Part shown: positions 23,547 through 36,056 of the stretch, one piece after another | Numbering within the stretch: the stretch's first letter is position 1 | Layout of the letters: every line of letters starts with the position of its first letter | NCBI GenBank assembly: GCA_013239625.1 | Contig: MU053934.1 | Span: 7,647,352 to 7,711,351, forward strand | Direction of reading: 5' to 3' | Length of the DNA stretch: 64,000 nt | DNA from: Lama guanicoe | Lineage: Eukaryota | The notes under the pieces: model-generated | Told to the model about the DNA's origin: nothing | The model's input: the letters and a program-made list of their open reading frames with translations, nothing else | The model's database searches: none | Translations under genes and position numbers: made by a program

Positions 23547-25559
23547 GGGATTTCTCTTCCACCTCTTTCCTGTCTTATCTTTCTTGATTTCATATTGCTG
23601 TTTTCTTTATAGCAGTCCCCTCAACACACACATGCACCCTCTTCTACATGAGATTAATGTTTGAAACGAATCATCTGCCTTCTCCCTGCCGCAGAGTCCC
23701 AGCGAAACAAAAGATGAATGATTCTGCACATCGGAAGGGTGGAGGGAAATTAATTAGGAATGACAAAGGACCCCATTCTTTGGTTCCACTTATCTTGCTG
23801 CTGGCTTGCTGTTAAGTGTGTGCCGGGCAAGGTGTGTGACTGACAGTCCTGGGGATGTGTGTCAGCTCCTCCCGGTCCTGTTCCGGGGGTGGCAGCCTTC
23901 TGCCCCACCGGGTGGGTGGAGCGGGTACCCTGCTGCAGCGGCGTCTCCCCCAGACTCCCCCTCGGCTCCCCAGCCCGGAAGATGCAGAGAGAAGGAGCCA
24001 GACAAAACTGTCTCCATCATAGCTGGCAGGCAGCGGTGGAGGCTTGGATTGTGGGAGGAGGCAGGGGAAGGGAAGTGCCCCAGAAAGCCTGGCCTTTGGA
24101 GGAAGGGGTGCTGGGGCAGGAAGGACAGCGATTAAGGTCAAGATAGTGTTTGGCCTGGAGCAGGAGAGGGAGTGGACCTGGTCAGGATTGTCTGAGAGCT
24201 CAGGGGCGGCTGCTGGGGGGAGAGGCCTCTGCCCCGCTCAGACTGCAGCATTCACCCCGTAGAGAGAGAGGTGGAAGTGAGAGGTCACCTGGCCCAGGGC
24301 GGGAGGCCACCGTGAGAGGCTGTCCCCTTCTACCTGGCAGGGCAGCCACCCTCACCCCTCACCCTGGGGAACGGGCTGCCGGGGGAGGCAGGGAATGTCC
24401 CCCGAAGGCGACAGGTCGGGATGAAGCTGAGGGTGTGAGCATCGCCTCTGGGCCTCGTCTGTGAAATGGACACAGGATTCCCCGGGAAGGTCACAGGAGG
24501 GTCAGAGAGCGCGGGAGGCTTAGCAGATGGCGAGACTTCTGGTTCTGGTTCTGGCTGTGGGGCTTGGGGCTTCTTGACTTCCGGGCGCTCTGGGGAAGGC
24601 TCCTGTTGGGAGGGTGCAGGGAGGAGATGGTTAATACTTAGTTCTTCCCACCTGCCTGCCTGCCAGGTGGAGCACCTGTCGGTTCATTCATTCATTCATT
24701 CATTCACTCTTGCACACTTTGTCCAAACCCTCCCTGAGGCCCAGCCATCTGTTGGACGGGACGGATTCAGGGGTGATTTGACTCGGGCCTGCCCTGAAGG
24801 AGCCAGTATAAGGGCACTCAAAGTGGGGAAGGTCACCTGTGCTTGGGGTTGGAGGTGATCAGGGGAAGCTTCCTGGAAGAGGTGACCTTTGATCCAGGCC
24901 TTAACGAATAATGGCTGGAACAGCACGAGCAAACACCCAGAGGTGGGGAAAGGCTGGGCTGTGTTCAGGAAACAGGATTGTTGTGGCTGGTGGGTGGTGA
25001 ACTCAAGGGGGAATCTGAGCAGGACAGTCCAAAAGGTGGGCTGGAGCAGAGCCCAAGGGCTAGGCCATGAGGTCTGGGCTTGTCCTGGAGGTAATGGGGA
25101 GCCATGGAAGGTTTTGGAGTAGAAGAGTCACGGGGTGGATGAGAGGCAGGGCACCAGGAGCCAGAGTCATAGGCAGTGTCCGCCCTGTACAGCCAGACTC
25201 AGAGGGTGGCAGGCAGGGGACATTCAGGAGCTGCTCAGAGGGACAGGCAGGCAGTTGCCATTGAAGAGGGAGAACTGTGGCCCAGCCACCCCAGGGGGCT
25301 CCTCTTTGGGTCAGCTTCCCACTGGGCGCAGGATGCAGGAGCCAGGAGCCCTGGGCCAGGTCCTTCTTGCCTCCTGTGTGTCCTCATGCACGTCACTTGA
25401 CTTCCCTGTGCCATCATTTCCTCATCTCTGCACTGGGGGCCTCCTGACGTCTTTGTCTTGAGGATCAACTGAGCTAAGGTGTGACAGTGGTTGGTAAAGT
25501 GGGGTTTATGGAGGGAGACGAGGCAGGATTCCTGGCCGTCCTGTCGTAATTCTGGGACT

Positions 25560-25745
25560 GAAGCAGAGAGCTGCGGAATCTGCTCTCTGGGTTTGAGTCC
25601 TTGTTGTGCCACTTGGTTACCAGGTAAACTTGGGCAAGTCTCTGAACCTCTCTGCACCTCAGTTTTTGCATCTGCAAAATGAGGCAGTGACGATAGTTGC
25701 CTCTCAGGGTGGTTGTGAGGACTGCGGGCTCATGGAGAGCCTTGG
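25560..25745 (+). mobile_element. MIR SINE
   Basis: ctgggtttgagtcc...ttgggcaagtctctgaacctctctgcacctcagtttttgcatctgcaaaatg...agggtggttgtgagga. Confidence 0.85.
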
Positions 25746-26337
25746 AGCTATGTCTGTGTGGTGTCCCCCTGGTGACCCCCGTGTGCCCCCTCGGTTCCCC
25801 CTTGGCATCCTCCTCCCCACCCCGCCCTCTGCCCTGGCCTGGGTGCACCATGGGATCCAGCTCCACCCAGCGGCACCCCGGGCTCCTCCACCCCAACACC
25901 CCAGCACGCCTGGGAAATGGGGCCCATACTCCAGACTAATTGAATGGCCCCTGGTGCACCCCATCTCCAGGGGCTGTGCGCTTACCTGGGGAGATAGAAA
26001 AACCAGAGCAGGGCAGGCTGTGCTTCAGCCGTTTTCTGCAGACGAGTATCGCCCCCCTCCCGCCTGCCGTTAGGGAACTGGGAATTCATGCTTCAGGGGG
26101 AGACCGTTTAATGATCGGCCACGAGGAGGTCATTTATATTGGCTAAGCGGGCCTAATTAGACCCGATTCTAAGGTTACCATAAGCGCACAAAAAAGCTGT
26201 TAAGGGGTTAACCTCTGAGAGATTACATTGTATTCAGCGCTCTGTTAAAGTTTGAATTAATTTTTCCCATGGGTTTGTTCACATTCTAATTTTCAACTAA
26301 ATGAGACATCTGTTTCAGAAAAGGAAAATTTGCTCTG

Positions 26338-26351
26338 GTTGTCATGGCAAC
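26338..26351. promoter_or_regulatory. RFX X-box motif GTTGTCATGGCAAC
   Basis: 13/14 match to the palindromic X-box GTTGCCATGGCAAC, inside a non-repetitive AT-rich block. Confidence 0.55.
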
Positions 26352-28229
26352 TATCATTCTGTAAGAAAATTATTCCAATGGTTACTTTAGAACAGAAAGA
26401 CAGAAATTCAGGACATAAAGCCGCCTCCTGTCGCTCAGTGGGAATTCTGATCCATCCGACCTCCTTGGGGTCTGTGATGTGTCTTGGATGGTGGGTGGAC
26501 ATTGGGGCTCCTGGTCCTCAGGCAGTGAGCCTGGTTCCAGGCATTAGCTGCTCTGGGGATGGGGATCGGGGCTCTGGCAGCGCCCAGCCTCGTGTCCCAG
26601 GCATTCGTGGGTCTCAGACCACAACTGCCTCCAAGGTGGGTGGGGGACAGGCTCCTGCCAGGACCCTGCGAGCTGCTGCCTCCCCGTCCACTGTCTGGAA
26701 ACTTTGGCAGCCTTGCACTTCACCTCTGGCCCCAAAGGGTCCTGCTGGCCAAAACGAGAGGGTCAAGTGACCAAATGAAGGACTCCAGGGGCATCTGGCC
26801 GAATTCTCCTTCAGGAAGGGCCAGGGTCCCCCTGCCCCTCTGGCTCTTCTTCGCACAGCAGGACCTGAATGGACGTCGTGCAGGAGTGGCCAGAGGCTTT
26901 TCCAGATCCTGTGGGTCAAAGGCCTGTGGGGAGTGAGGTCACCCCCAAGGGTCGTCTCTCCCACTGCTCCGGCCCATTCCTGGCCCCTAGTGAGAAAGGC
27001 ATCCCCCCGGCCAGCAGGCTGTCCTGAGAAGCATCTCCTCTGGACACTTTTGTGCATGACTTGACTGTTTCTGCTCCCCCGAAATTTCCATACAGGTTAG
27101 AACATCCCCATTTCCCAGTGAAGAGCTCCTGCGTGTCTAGAGGCATCTTCGTGGTGGGGGCACAGTTTAATCCTTTTAAGCTTCCTCCCACCCACCCTCT
27201 TTCCCTTCCCTCTGCGTTGAGCAGTGGGGTACAGCCTCAAGCAAGAAGGCCCCCCATCATGGGGTAAGACCTGGGGCCATAGGTAGCACTATCCCATTTT
27301 ACACGGCGGGGAGAGTCTGGGAGAGCTGCAGCATCACACCCAGGGGCACAGCCAGGGTGTCTGATGCCAACTTCTCTTGAGCAGCCTCTCTGGGCATCCC
27401 CAGGGACAGGGCGGAGTCCGGCTTCCCAGCATTTGAGGTGATGTGTTTCCAAGAATCACAACCACGAAGGTGTATCTTCGGGGAGACGTCACCCCCAGAG
27501 GACGGCTCGTTAGTACCGGAAGGGGAAGGTGGTGCAGGCAGAGGCTCGCATGGGGCGGCTCCTGGGGGTCTGTGGGGTCTCTGGTGGATTTCTGAGTGTC
27601 TTTTCCAAAAAGCCGCCACCCCTGGCTGTGGCTCATGAGAACTAACAGACGCCTTCCTTCCATGCTGATGAGGCCTCGTCCCCTCTTGTAAATATTTGAT
27701 TAGGTTTTTGAAAAATGGATGCTGTGTTTGGAAGGCAGCCCCAGAAAGGCGTTGCTCATTTGCTTGTAAGCTGGTGGGTCTGTGCGCTCCTGGGAGGACC
27801 ACTGGGCTTGGCTGCATGAGCAGCTTCCAGGCTGCTGCAGCCATCCCTGCAGTGACCCCACCCTGGCTCAGCCGATGTGGGGCTTCGAGGATGCCCAGGG
27901 TCCGAGGGCTTCAGAAATTGCAGAGCTCTGATCTCAGTATGTTAAGACTGTCAACTGTTTTTGTCCAGGAACTGGTAGGAAAAGCTTTTTTTTTTCTTCT
28001 TCAGCATTGTGACTCAGTTCACCCTTCTGTGGGTGTCTATTTAAATACAAATATATTTAACTAAAGTATCCTTTCCATGTTATGATGTACTCTGGTGTTT
28101 CCTATCCTTTTTCCTTTCCTTTTTAAAAAATGCTGTTTGACCCTTCAAAATGCAGTTTGAAAAACCCTGCCCTAGGCCAAAGGTTTTTCATCCAGGTTCC
28201 ATGGGTGGGTTTCAGGAGGGGTCCATAAT

Positions 28230-28358
28230 AATGATAGTGATGGTGGTGATGATGGTTATGATGGGTATGATGATGGTGGTGATAAAGGTGTTGGGGATGA
28301 GGATGATGATGGTAGTGGTGATGGTGATGATGGTGGTGATGTTGATGGTGGTGATGAT
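28230..28358. repeat. (GAT/GGT)n repeat, left part
   Basis: Read directly; continues at 28808-28852 on the far side of an LTR. Confidence 0.9.
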
Positions 28359-28807
28359 GATACTAGTTTCCTCGGGTTGCATAACTAGTGACTACAAACT
28401 GTGTGGCTTAAAACAACAGGAATTTATTCTGTCACAGTTCTGGAGGCTGGAGGTCTGAAATAAAGGTGTCAACAAGATTAGTGTTTGCTGACAGCACTAA
28501 GGGGAGAATCTGTTTCATGCTTCTCTCCCAGCGTCTGGTGGTTGCTGCTAATCCTCAGCATTCCTTGGCTTGTAGACACGTCACTCCAACACTACATCCG
28601 ATGTTACATGATCTTTATCTCTCTGTGTCTCCATGTTTTCACATGACCCTCTTATAAAGACGCTAGTCATTGGATTAGGGCCCACAGGTATGACCTCATC
28701 TTGATGACATCTGCAAAGACCCTATTTCTAAATAAGGCCACATTTACAGTTTGTGGGTTAATCCTTCAATGTGTATATTTTGGGGGGACACAGTTTGACC
28801 CACAACA
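28359..28807. mobile_element. MaLR solo LTR (MLT1 family)
   Basis: tagtttcctcgggttgcataac...ggcttaaaacaacaggaatttattctgtcacagttctggaggctggaggtctgaa...tctgcaaagaccctatttctaaataagg...cccacaaca, typical MLT1 termini and body. Confidence 0.9.
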
Positions 28808-29807
28808 GTGGTGGTGATGATGGTAATGGTGGTGGTGGTGATGGTGATGATGGAGACTTTGCAAATGCTGAAGTGCTGTGTGAACGAGCGGCTCTTACAA
28901 CGACTGAGGCCTGAGGGATGATTCTTAGTTGATACTTAGTTGCAAATGAAAACCCAGTTCAGGTGGCTTTCTCTCGGCCCATCTAACTGAGAAGTGCAGG
29001 GGTGCGGTGGGTGTCTGGTATGGTTTGATCCAGCTGCTCCTCTCCACATGCTCCACATCTCCCTTTGGGACAATTTAATAGGTGCTGACAGCTCCCAAGG
29101 CAAGAAGCTCACTGGTTTATATGCAGGGATGACAGCATTCTTCTCTCTCATCATTGAAAGAAACAGTTGAATTCCCTCCAACTAGAAGGATCTAGGCCAC
29201 ATGCTCACTGTTCAGCCAGTCGAGGGGAATGACCTGCATTGATCAGTCTAGGTCTGGGTCAGGCAACAGGTTGGGATTCTGTTAACTGGCCCAGGTCCAC
29301 CCAGCCCTGACCTTAATGCTGAGGGTGGACTCAGCCCGTGGAGCCCCTGCTGGGAGCTCTGGGAGGAAGCAGGAATGAGCATCCTCCACCTGGGACCCAC
29401 TGTCTCCTGGCTGGGGCTCCACCTGCTCCCACTGTGGGACGGAGGATGGAGGAGCATCTTCCCACGGCGGGGGACAGGTGAGAATGTCCTTGTCTGGATT
29501 TCCTTAGAAGGGTTTGGAGCAAGAGAGGTCTTTGGCAGACGTTGATTTTTTTTTTTACTTTCATTTAAAAAAATTACATAAATAAAACTTGTTCATCACA
29601 GACAAAAGAAATTACAGTTAAGCAAGAGGAAAAAGGCTGGTCAGTATCAGGCTGAGTCCAGGCAAATCCCCACCTTTCCTTGCATTTGAGTTTCTGGGTA
29701 TCAGGCTGGTCCTGGTGGCCGCTCGGCTCTGTGGCCTGCTCCTCCTGCCCCGTCACGGCCCCGCCCTCTTGGTGGCCCTCTCTGAACCCACTGCTCTTCC
29801 CCCACAG

Positions 29808-29923
29808 GCAGCCCTGGTTCTATGGATGGGGTTTTAACCTCCCGCGAGGCCAAGCGCTGCTCGAGAAATGGAACCTCATTCCCGAAGGTGTAGACATCCT
29901 GATAACCCACGGACCACCGCTGG
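29808..29923 (+). CDS. MPPED1: MPPED1 internal coding exon (116 bp): QPWFYGWGFNLPRGQALLEKWNLIPEGVDILITHGPPL(G)
   Basis: Acceptor ctcttcccccacag ends at 29807 and donor gtaaga starts at 29924. Completes TG|G (Trp) from the previous exon and carries the THGPP metal-ligand motif. Confidence 0.97.
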
Positions 29924-30299
29924 GTAAGAGTCAACTGTCCCCAGCTCACTGTCCCCCTTACTCCCCGAGCACCTGCTGTGTGCTGGGGGCTTGATTTGTT
30001 ACCTGGTGACGTCAGAATCAGCTGCCCCGTTTCCACACAAGGGACCTTGGAGCTCAGGGAGGTCAAAGGGCAGGCAAGGCCCTTGACTCTCCAGACCTGA
30101 ATCCTGGGGGCGGAATCCCACCAAGATCACTCTCACCAGGCCCCATCCCGTGCACCCCGACCCCATCAGACCACGCATCCCAACAGTCCCCAGGGCCTGT
30201 GGTTTCTGCCCTCAGCAGCTTTCCTCCCCGCCCCTGAGCCCCGACCCTGGTCTAAGCTGATGTCACCGCTCTCTTGGTCTCCACATCAGCCTGCTGGTG

Positions 30300-30620
30300 G
30301 TCCCATCAGGGGCTTTCTCAGTCCTCCCCTCCCCCTTTCCTCACACCCAACTTCCCGTCCATCAGCCAGTCCCCTTGATTCTACCTCCAAACTGTATTGC
30401 AGCTCTTTGCTCTTCGCTCCATCACTGCTGTCCCCACCTTGGTCCATGCCAGTGTCCTCTGCCTCTCTGATGGCCAGCATGGCATCACTGGTCCCGCAGC
30501 TCTGCGTCTTGCCCCTCCCAGTCGGCTCTCCTCGCAGCAGTAGGAGGGAATTCCCTGAACCGTCAGTTATGCCGTGCTGTCCCTCTAGAACCCCTTGTGG
30601 CTCCCTCAGTCCTTAGAATG
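30300..30620. mobile_element. L2 fragment
   Basis: ccatcagccagtccccttgattctacctccaaac...gtggctccctcagtccttagaatgaagtcca resembles the L2 3' region. Boundaries are approximate. Confidence 0.55.
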
Positions 30621-32041
30621 AAGTCCACATTACCAGCAGCCCAGCCCAGACTGGCTACTTCCTCCCACCACGGCCGCCACCAAACCTGCCATCACTCCGT
30701 TGGTGTTTGGGGCTGGGTGGGTCCAGACGATGCTGGACCAGGGGCTCACCCGATGCGGTGCTTTTCTCCAGGCTCCAGGCCGCTGGGCAGATGGGCACCG
30801 AATGGCCTAGCCCAGTGGGACAGGGTCGGGGATGAGGGAAGCCTGGGACAGACTGTCAGAGGAGGCCTGCAGACACTGACAGGGGAGGCTTCGGCACCGC
30901 TTCTGCGGGCGGCAGGGTGTCCCGGGTGGGAAGGGCTGCTGGGTGAGGCCCAGCGCAGCTCCAGCGTCATCTGCTGAGATATGTGTTCAGGCAGAAGCCG
31001 TCCTGAGCACCCACGTGTGCCAGACGCCCCGCCAGCCCCTTGGGGGCCTCCCCCAGCCCTCACGAAGTGCTCACAGGAAGACTGCCTTGCCCCCATTTCC
31101 AAAGGGGTGCAGCCCCGAGGCCCAGGGCCCTGACGTGGCTTGGGCATGACATGCGGCTTATTGTGAGACTCTGGGCAGGTTTTTCTGCTTCCTTCCTCCC
31201 TTCCCCGCCTCCCTCCCTCCCTCTCCCCTTTCCCCCTTCCCTCCCCCCTTGCCACCCCTCCATCCCTTCCTCCAGCAGCATCTTTTGGGTCCTGCTCCCT
31301 GGATGCCTCACCACACCTGCTTCATGTACAACACATAGCTTCTGTTTCAGGGGTGCCTGTCAGCCCAGCCCAGCCCAGCCCAGTTGTTGGATGAATTGTA
31401 GAACGTGGCACAGAGAGGTTAAGTGACTTGTCCAAGGTCGCACAGCCATTAAGTAGCAGAGCCTAGGGCTTAAACCCAGATATCCGCTTCAAGCCTACCC
31501 CTGCCTGCTTCCCACCTCTCTCTTCCTCTTCCTCTTCCTCCACCTCTGCTCTCCTCCTTCCCCTCCTTCCCTTCTTCCCTCCCTCTTTCTCTCTCTCATG
31601 ACTAAGTCAGGCCCATTGCCGCCTGTCTGATTCTGGGTGGAAGCATCCGTCTTCCTCTTCCCAGCAGTTTCTCCTGCCCACACAGAGAGGGGCTGAGATG
31701 AGCACTAGTGGTTCGTTCGGAGTAATCAGTTACCCTTCATTTGTGTAGCCATGTGGAAATAGCAAGCAGCCACCGTATGGGGCGGCTCCGGGAGGCTGGT
31801 GGTGCGCGCAGACCCGGACGCGGGCCACATGAGCAATGCTGCGGCGGGTGAAGAAGTTCATTTTCATGATTTTGTGATTTTAATTTAGAAAGTTTCCGAT
31901 GTGGCAATCCTGCCCCCAGGCTCTGCTCTGATCCTGGCCGCTGGGGCGCCCTTGGGCCGCACACATCCCTCTTGGGCCTCGGTTTGCTTCTCTCTGCAGT
32001 GGGTGGATGCCAGCCTCAAGGCCACTTTGGTTTTGTTTCTG

Positions 32042-32190
32042 TTTTTTTAAATTGAAGTATAGTCGATTTACAACAGTTGTGTTAGTTTCCGGTATACAGC
32101 AAAGTGATTCAGTTATATGTAGACGTATACTCTTTTTCATTTTAGGTTATTACAACTATTGGACATAGTTCCCTGTGCTATGCAGTGGGG
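32042..32190 (-). mobile_element. Truncated lineage-specific L1 3' end
   Basis: ttttttaaattgaagtatagtcgatttacaac...tacagcaaagtgattcagttata...tagttccctgtgctatgcagt is a typical artiodactyl-type L1 3' terminus. Confidence 0.8.
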
Positions 32191-32486
32191 TCGCTTGGAG
32201 TGTGAATGGTCTGGGGGAGCTCACAGCTACTGGCCCCCGCCCCATGGGCCCTGCCCCCTCGCGCTCTTGTAAGCCTGGCTCTCTGTGCGGCCCTGCAGGG
32301 GACGAGGTGGGGTGCGAGGCCCCAGGCAGTGCACCTAGAGCCAGGCCGCCCTCCCCGGGGACTGAGGCAAGGCCAGGTCGGGGAGCTTGCTCCGTGCCCA
32401 GGCCACCATGTCCCTGAGACTGCAGGGCTGCAGCCTCGGCCTGCCCGGGCCCCGTCACTGCTCTCCTGTTGTCTCCCCCTGTGCAG

Positions 32487-32600
32487 GCTTCCTGGACTGG
32501 GTCCCCAAGAAGATGCAGCGGGTGGGCTGCGTGGAGCTGCTCAACACGGTGCAGAGGCGCGTCCAGCCACGGCTGCACGTCTTCGGCCACATCCACGAAG
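32487..32600 (+). CDS. MPPED1: MPPED1 internal coding exon (114 bp): FLDWVPKKMQRVGCVELLNTVQRRVQPRLHVFGHIHE(G)
   Basis: Acceptor tccccctgtgcag ends at 32486 and donor gtcagc starts at 32601. The GHIHE motif distinguishes MPPED1 from its paralog MPPED2, which has GGIHE. Confidence 0.97.
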
Positions 32601-33979
32601 GTCAGCAGGTGGGGTGGAGGAGGGGGCTCCCGCGCCGGCTGTGCCCTGCCAGCCCTTGGGGGAGCCATCTCGCCTCCCTTGAACCCAGTCACCTCCCCGG
32701 TCTCTCACCTAGAGGAAACTAGCCATTTCCTACACACGCGGGTAGAAGCCTTATCCACACACTGACTATCAGTTAGCTGTGGCTGCAGGGTTTCGCAGGA
32801 AGATGAAAGCAAAATCTGGCAAGACTTAGAAGTAAGTTCTGCTTCCTCAGAGCCCTGCTACTCCGCCTGGGATGTCTTTGGAGATGGCTGGGGGCTTTTT
32901 GGAGGAGGAGGCATTTGGATGTGACATGCAGGAGGCATTCGATTTTGGGGACATGCCATGAGCTCCTTTTGGCAGGTGGCCCTGTCTCGTTGGTTACATT
33001 CCTAGGGCCTGGTACACGGTAGGTGCTTAATGAATGTGGAGTGCTGCCTGCCTGCCTGAGAGGCTCCAGTGGCACCTTCTCCTCCCTTCCCCGCCCCAGA
33101 CAGACACGGCATTCTGGCTTCTGTCCTAGGGGCGGACCTGCATGCTGTGTCCACCTTGCTGGAGTGGTGGGGAGTGTCCATTCCATCTCAGGACACTGGG
33201 CAAGGTGGCCGTGAAGGTGCCTGGTGATATCGGCTCCAGGCTGACTGCCCACCCCGATGCCCCCGGCCTGTCACTGCCCCTGGGGCTTTCCTTGTCCGAC
33301 CTAAGACTTCCTCACCAGAGCCTGATTTCACCCGTTTGGCAGAACCCTCCTTTTGCTCCTTTCGAACCTCTGTCCCACCTGTCCAGGGCCTCCGGGTTCC
33401 ACTGTACCCTGCCAGGAAGCCCATGGGCTCCTGTAGGACATGGGGACCAAAGTGTTTTCCCCCAGCGTTGTCTCCTGCTCTCCTGAATCTCTGTCTGCTT
33501 GGGGCCAGGGCCTCTGGGCCTCACCTGGGCCTGTCCACATCAGATCGCTTTCTGCCAGAAGCAAACAAGGCTCAGACCCTTCCCTCTGCAGGGTGCTGTC
33601 AGGGGCAGGAGCGATCAGACCTTTCCAGGCCCCGAGGAGCTCAGAGACTTCTGAGCAGCAAGTGAGCAATCAGAGGCAGAATCTGAAAGGTCATGGGAGA
33701 GATGGACAACGCGTGTGCTGGGGTTAATGATAATGACTGTCGCTTTCTGGAGCCTGCTATGGGCATGTGGTGCCATCAGATCCAAGGCTGTATGTGATCC
33801 AAACCACAGCCCTGCATGATTGTACAGGCAAAATGGGGGTGCCAAGGAATGAGTAACCTGCACAGAGTGGAGGTAGTGCCCCTTTAGTCTGGAGGTGATC
33901 TGAGCTGAAGGATGAGGAGGATCCTTCAAGCAGATGTGGTGGGAAGAGGGCATGATGGGGACAGAAGCCAAGAGAAGTA

Positions 33980-34253
33980 GGTGACGGTGATGGTGATGGT
34001 GATGATGATGGTTGTAATGATGGTGATGGTGATGATGAAGGTGATATTGATGATGATGATGTTGGTGATGGTTGTGATGCTGATGATAGTGACGATGGTG
34101 ATGGGGATGTGGGTGATGGTGATAGTGATGAGGATGATGGGGATGGTCATGATGATGGTGATGAAGGTGAAAATGATGATAATGATGTTGGTGATGGTGG
34201 TGATGCTGATGATCGTGATAATGATGGTGATGTTGATGACTTCGATGATGATG
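33980..34253. repeat. (GAT/GGT)n trinucleotide repeat, about 270 bp
   Basis: Read directly; the source of the poly-His ORF 33615-34289(-) and Met/Val ORF 33981-34298(+). Confidence 0.92.
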
Positions 34254-34505
34254 TCTTATCGTATGCTTTCCAGGCACCGGGCTGAACACTGGACATAGGT
34301 CATTGTCTCATTTGCTCCTCACAGCAAGCTTATCATCATCTCTATAGATGAAGAGACTAAACTGTAGTTTCAGTAGCTCATCCAGGCCATATTCAGCCCC
34401 TTGTTGGCTGCGTGCCCTCTGACTACCACATGCACCAGACCACCCTCACCAGTCCGGGTCCTGGCCTCACCGCTCAGCCCTGACAGGTGTGTGCTTACTT
34501 CCCAG

Positions 34506-34624
34506 GGTACGGCGTCATGGCGGATGGGACGACCACCTATGTGAACGCATCTGTGTGCACCGTGAACTACCAACCGGTGAATCCGCCCATAGTCATCGAC
34601 CTCCCCACACCCCGGAACTCCTGA
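34506..34624 (+). CDS. MPPED1: MPPED1 last coding exon: YGVMADGTTTYVNASVCTVNYQPVNPPIVIDLPTPRNS*
   Basis: Acceptor cttacttcccag ends at 34505 and TGA lies at 34622-34624. In frame with the previous exon (G|GG) and matches the known MPPED1 C-terminus. Missed by the ORF track. Confidence 0.97.
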
Positions 34625-35813
34625 CTGCCCCTGCGGCCCCCCACCCTTCCCACCCGCATCAGCTCCACATGCCTGGCCGAGAGCACGGACCCCCAACCAC
34701 CCTTCCTTCCACGCAGACAGCCCGTCCGGTTGGGGACCAGCCCAGCAGATGGGTTGAGGCCTTGGAATGAAGAAGATCACCTCTGACTCGTCAGCCTTCT
34801 GTCACCTGGAGTCAGGACCCTGCGGGTCCCCAGCAGGGGTTCTGCACTCATTGCTAATTTCTGCGTGTACATTCCATGTGTACCTTGTTAAAGGACCTGC
34901 TAAGCTCGTGGCCCCGTCCCGCTTGGGAAATGACTGAATCTTCATCCTTCTCCGTTGGACACCCTTGTGGGTTTGGGAAGCCACGGCTCTTGGACAGATT
35001 TTGGAAGTTCTCGCACAAAATCTCCGTCTCACTGAGGGTCTGTGTGGCTGCAAGTCTCAGAGTTGGGGGGTGGTTGGAAGGTGTTGTAGCCTGGGTGCAG
35101 GCAGCCCTTCCTGTCCTCCCAAGCGGAGAGGGGACATGCCTGCCACACGCGGAGGGCCTCCGAGGGAGCGATCAGGGACGTCTCAGGAATTCGGGCTGTG
35201 CCTGGCCAGGCCAGACAGCCGGTTGCCTCGTGTCGTTTGCCTGTCTTCTTCCTGTGGGCACTTTTGCTGATGTGGACAGTGACCTGAGCATCCCAGGCAC
35301 CCTCTCGGAGCCTGGCCATGGGCGGTTGGTTCTGCAGAATGAGCCTGTTGAGGGCCCAGGACCAGCTGGCAGGTTCCCAAGTCACAGACGGCCCTGGTTC
35401 CGAGGGGGCCGCGCTGGTCTGCAGAGCTCGGCTGCCTGGAGGGTCCACAGGCCCGTGTGGCCCCGCCACATGTATGCTCACGTGCGGGTGTGGGCACCCC
35501 CTCACGTGCCTGCACGCGCGCGCACACACACAGAGCCCTCTTCATGTAACAAAGTGGACCTCGCGCTTCTCATCCCTGCCCTGGAACGGGCTGTCCCCCC
35601 GTGGGGCTCCCCTCGCCCCCCGGAGCCTGTCTGCGTGCCCACAGCTGAGGAATGCTGAACGGCCCAGTTGTGTTGCCCGGTGGGACCCGCCCTCAGCTAG
35701 GAAGGTGGCTCGGAAGCAGAGCGGGGCCTGAGCTATGGCAGTGCCACCCCGGGGGACTTCTTTTCCTTTTAATTAGGACTGGGGGGTGGGCCACACGTCT
35801 GCGGGAGAGGAAA

Positions 35814-36056
35814 CAGTGGGGCCTGCTTAGGGTGAGACGCGCGAGGCCCGACTGGTACACTGCAGCGTTAGGCTCTGCCTGTATTTAAAATTGGGGTATT
35901 TTCTTTATCATAGGTTTTTTTCCTGTATCCAATTTTCATTTTTAAAACCATTGCATTAAAACAATGTCATGTGTCTTGACCACTGAGTTTTTTGGTGTCC
36001 CCTTAAATTCTGCACCTGAGGGGAGTGTTGCTCACCCGCCCCTAGTCCCAGGCCTG
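35814..36056. mobile_element. MER96/MER96B-like hAT-Tip100 MITE inside the MPPED1 3' UTR
   Basis: Degenerate inverted ends (ggggcctgcttagggtgag... / ...cccctagtcccaggcctg) and internal ctgagttttttggtgtccccttaaattctgcacctgagg. Confidence 0.65.

Noticed and set aside
23678..23745. Strong-looking acceptor (ccttctccctgccgcag) that would create an immediate TG|A stop, i.e. a poison exon
   Set aside because: No convincing donor follows, and isolated acceptor-like tracts are common in introns.
33615..34298. 224-aa poly-His ORF and Met/Val-rich ORF
   Set aside because: These are translations of a (GAT/GGT)n simple repeat inside an MPPED1 intron. The same applies to the ORFs at 15039-15288 and 28150-28458.
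14103..34624. Calling the gene MPPED2
   Set aside because: The GHIHE motif, the PTPRNS C-terminus and adjacency to EFCAB6 all indicate MPPED1.
34876..35658. Longest ORF in the track (260 aa)
   Set aside because: It lies in the GC-rich MPPED1 3' UTR, begins at a non-ATG codon, and shows no recognisable domain or codon bias.
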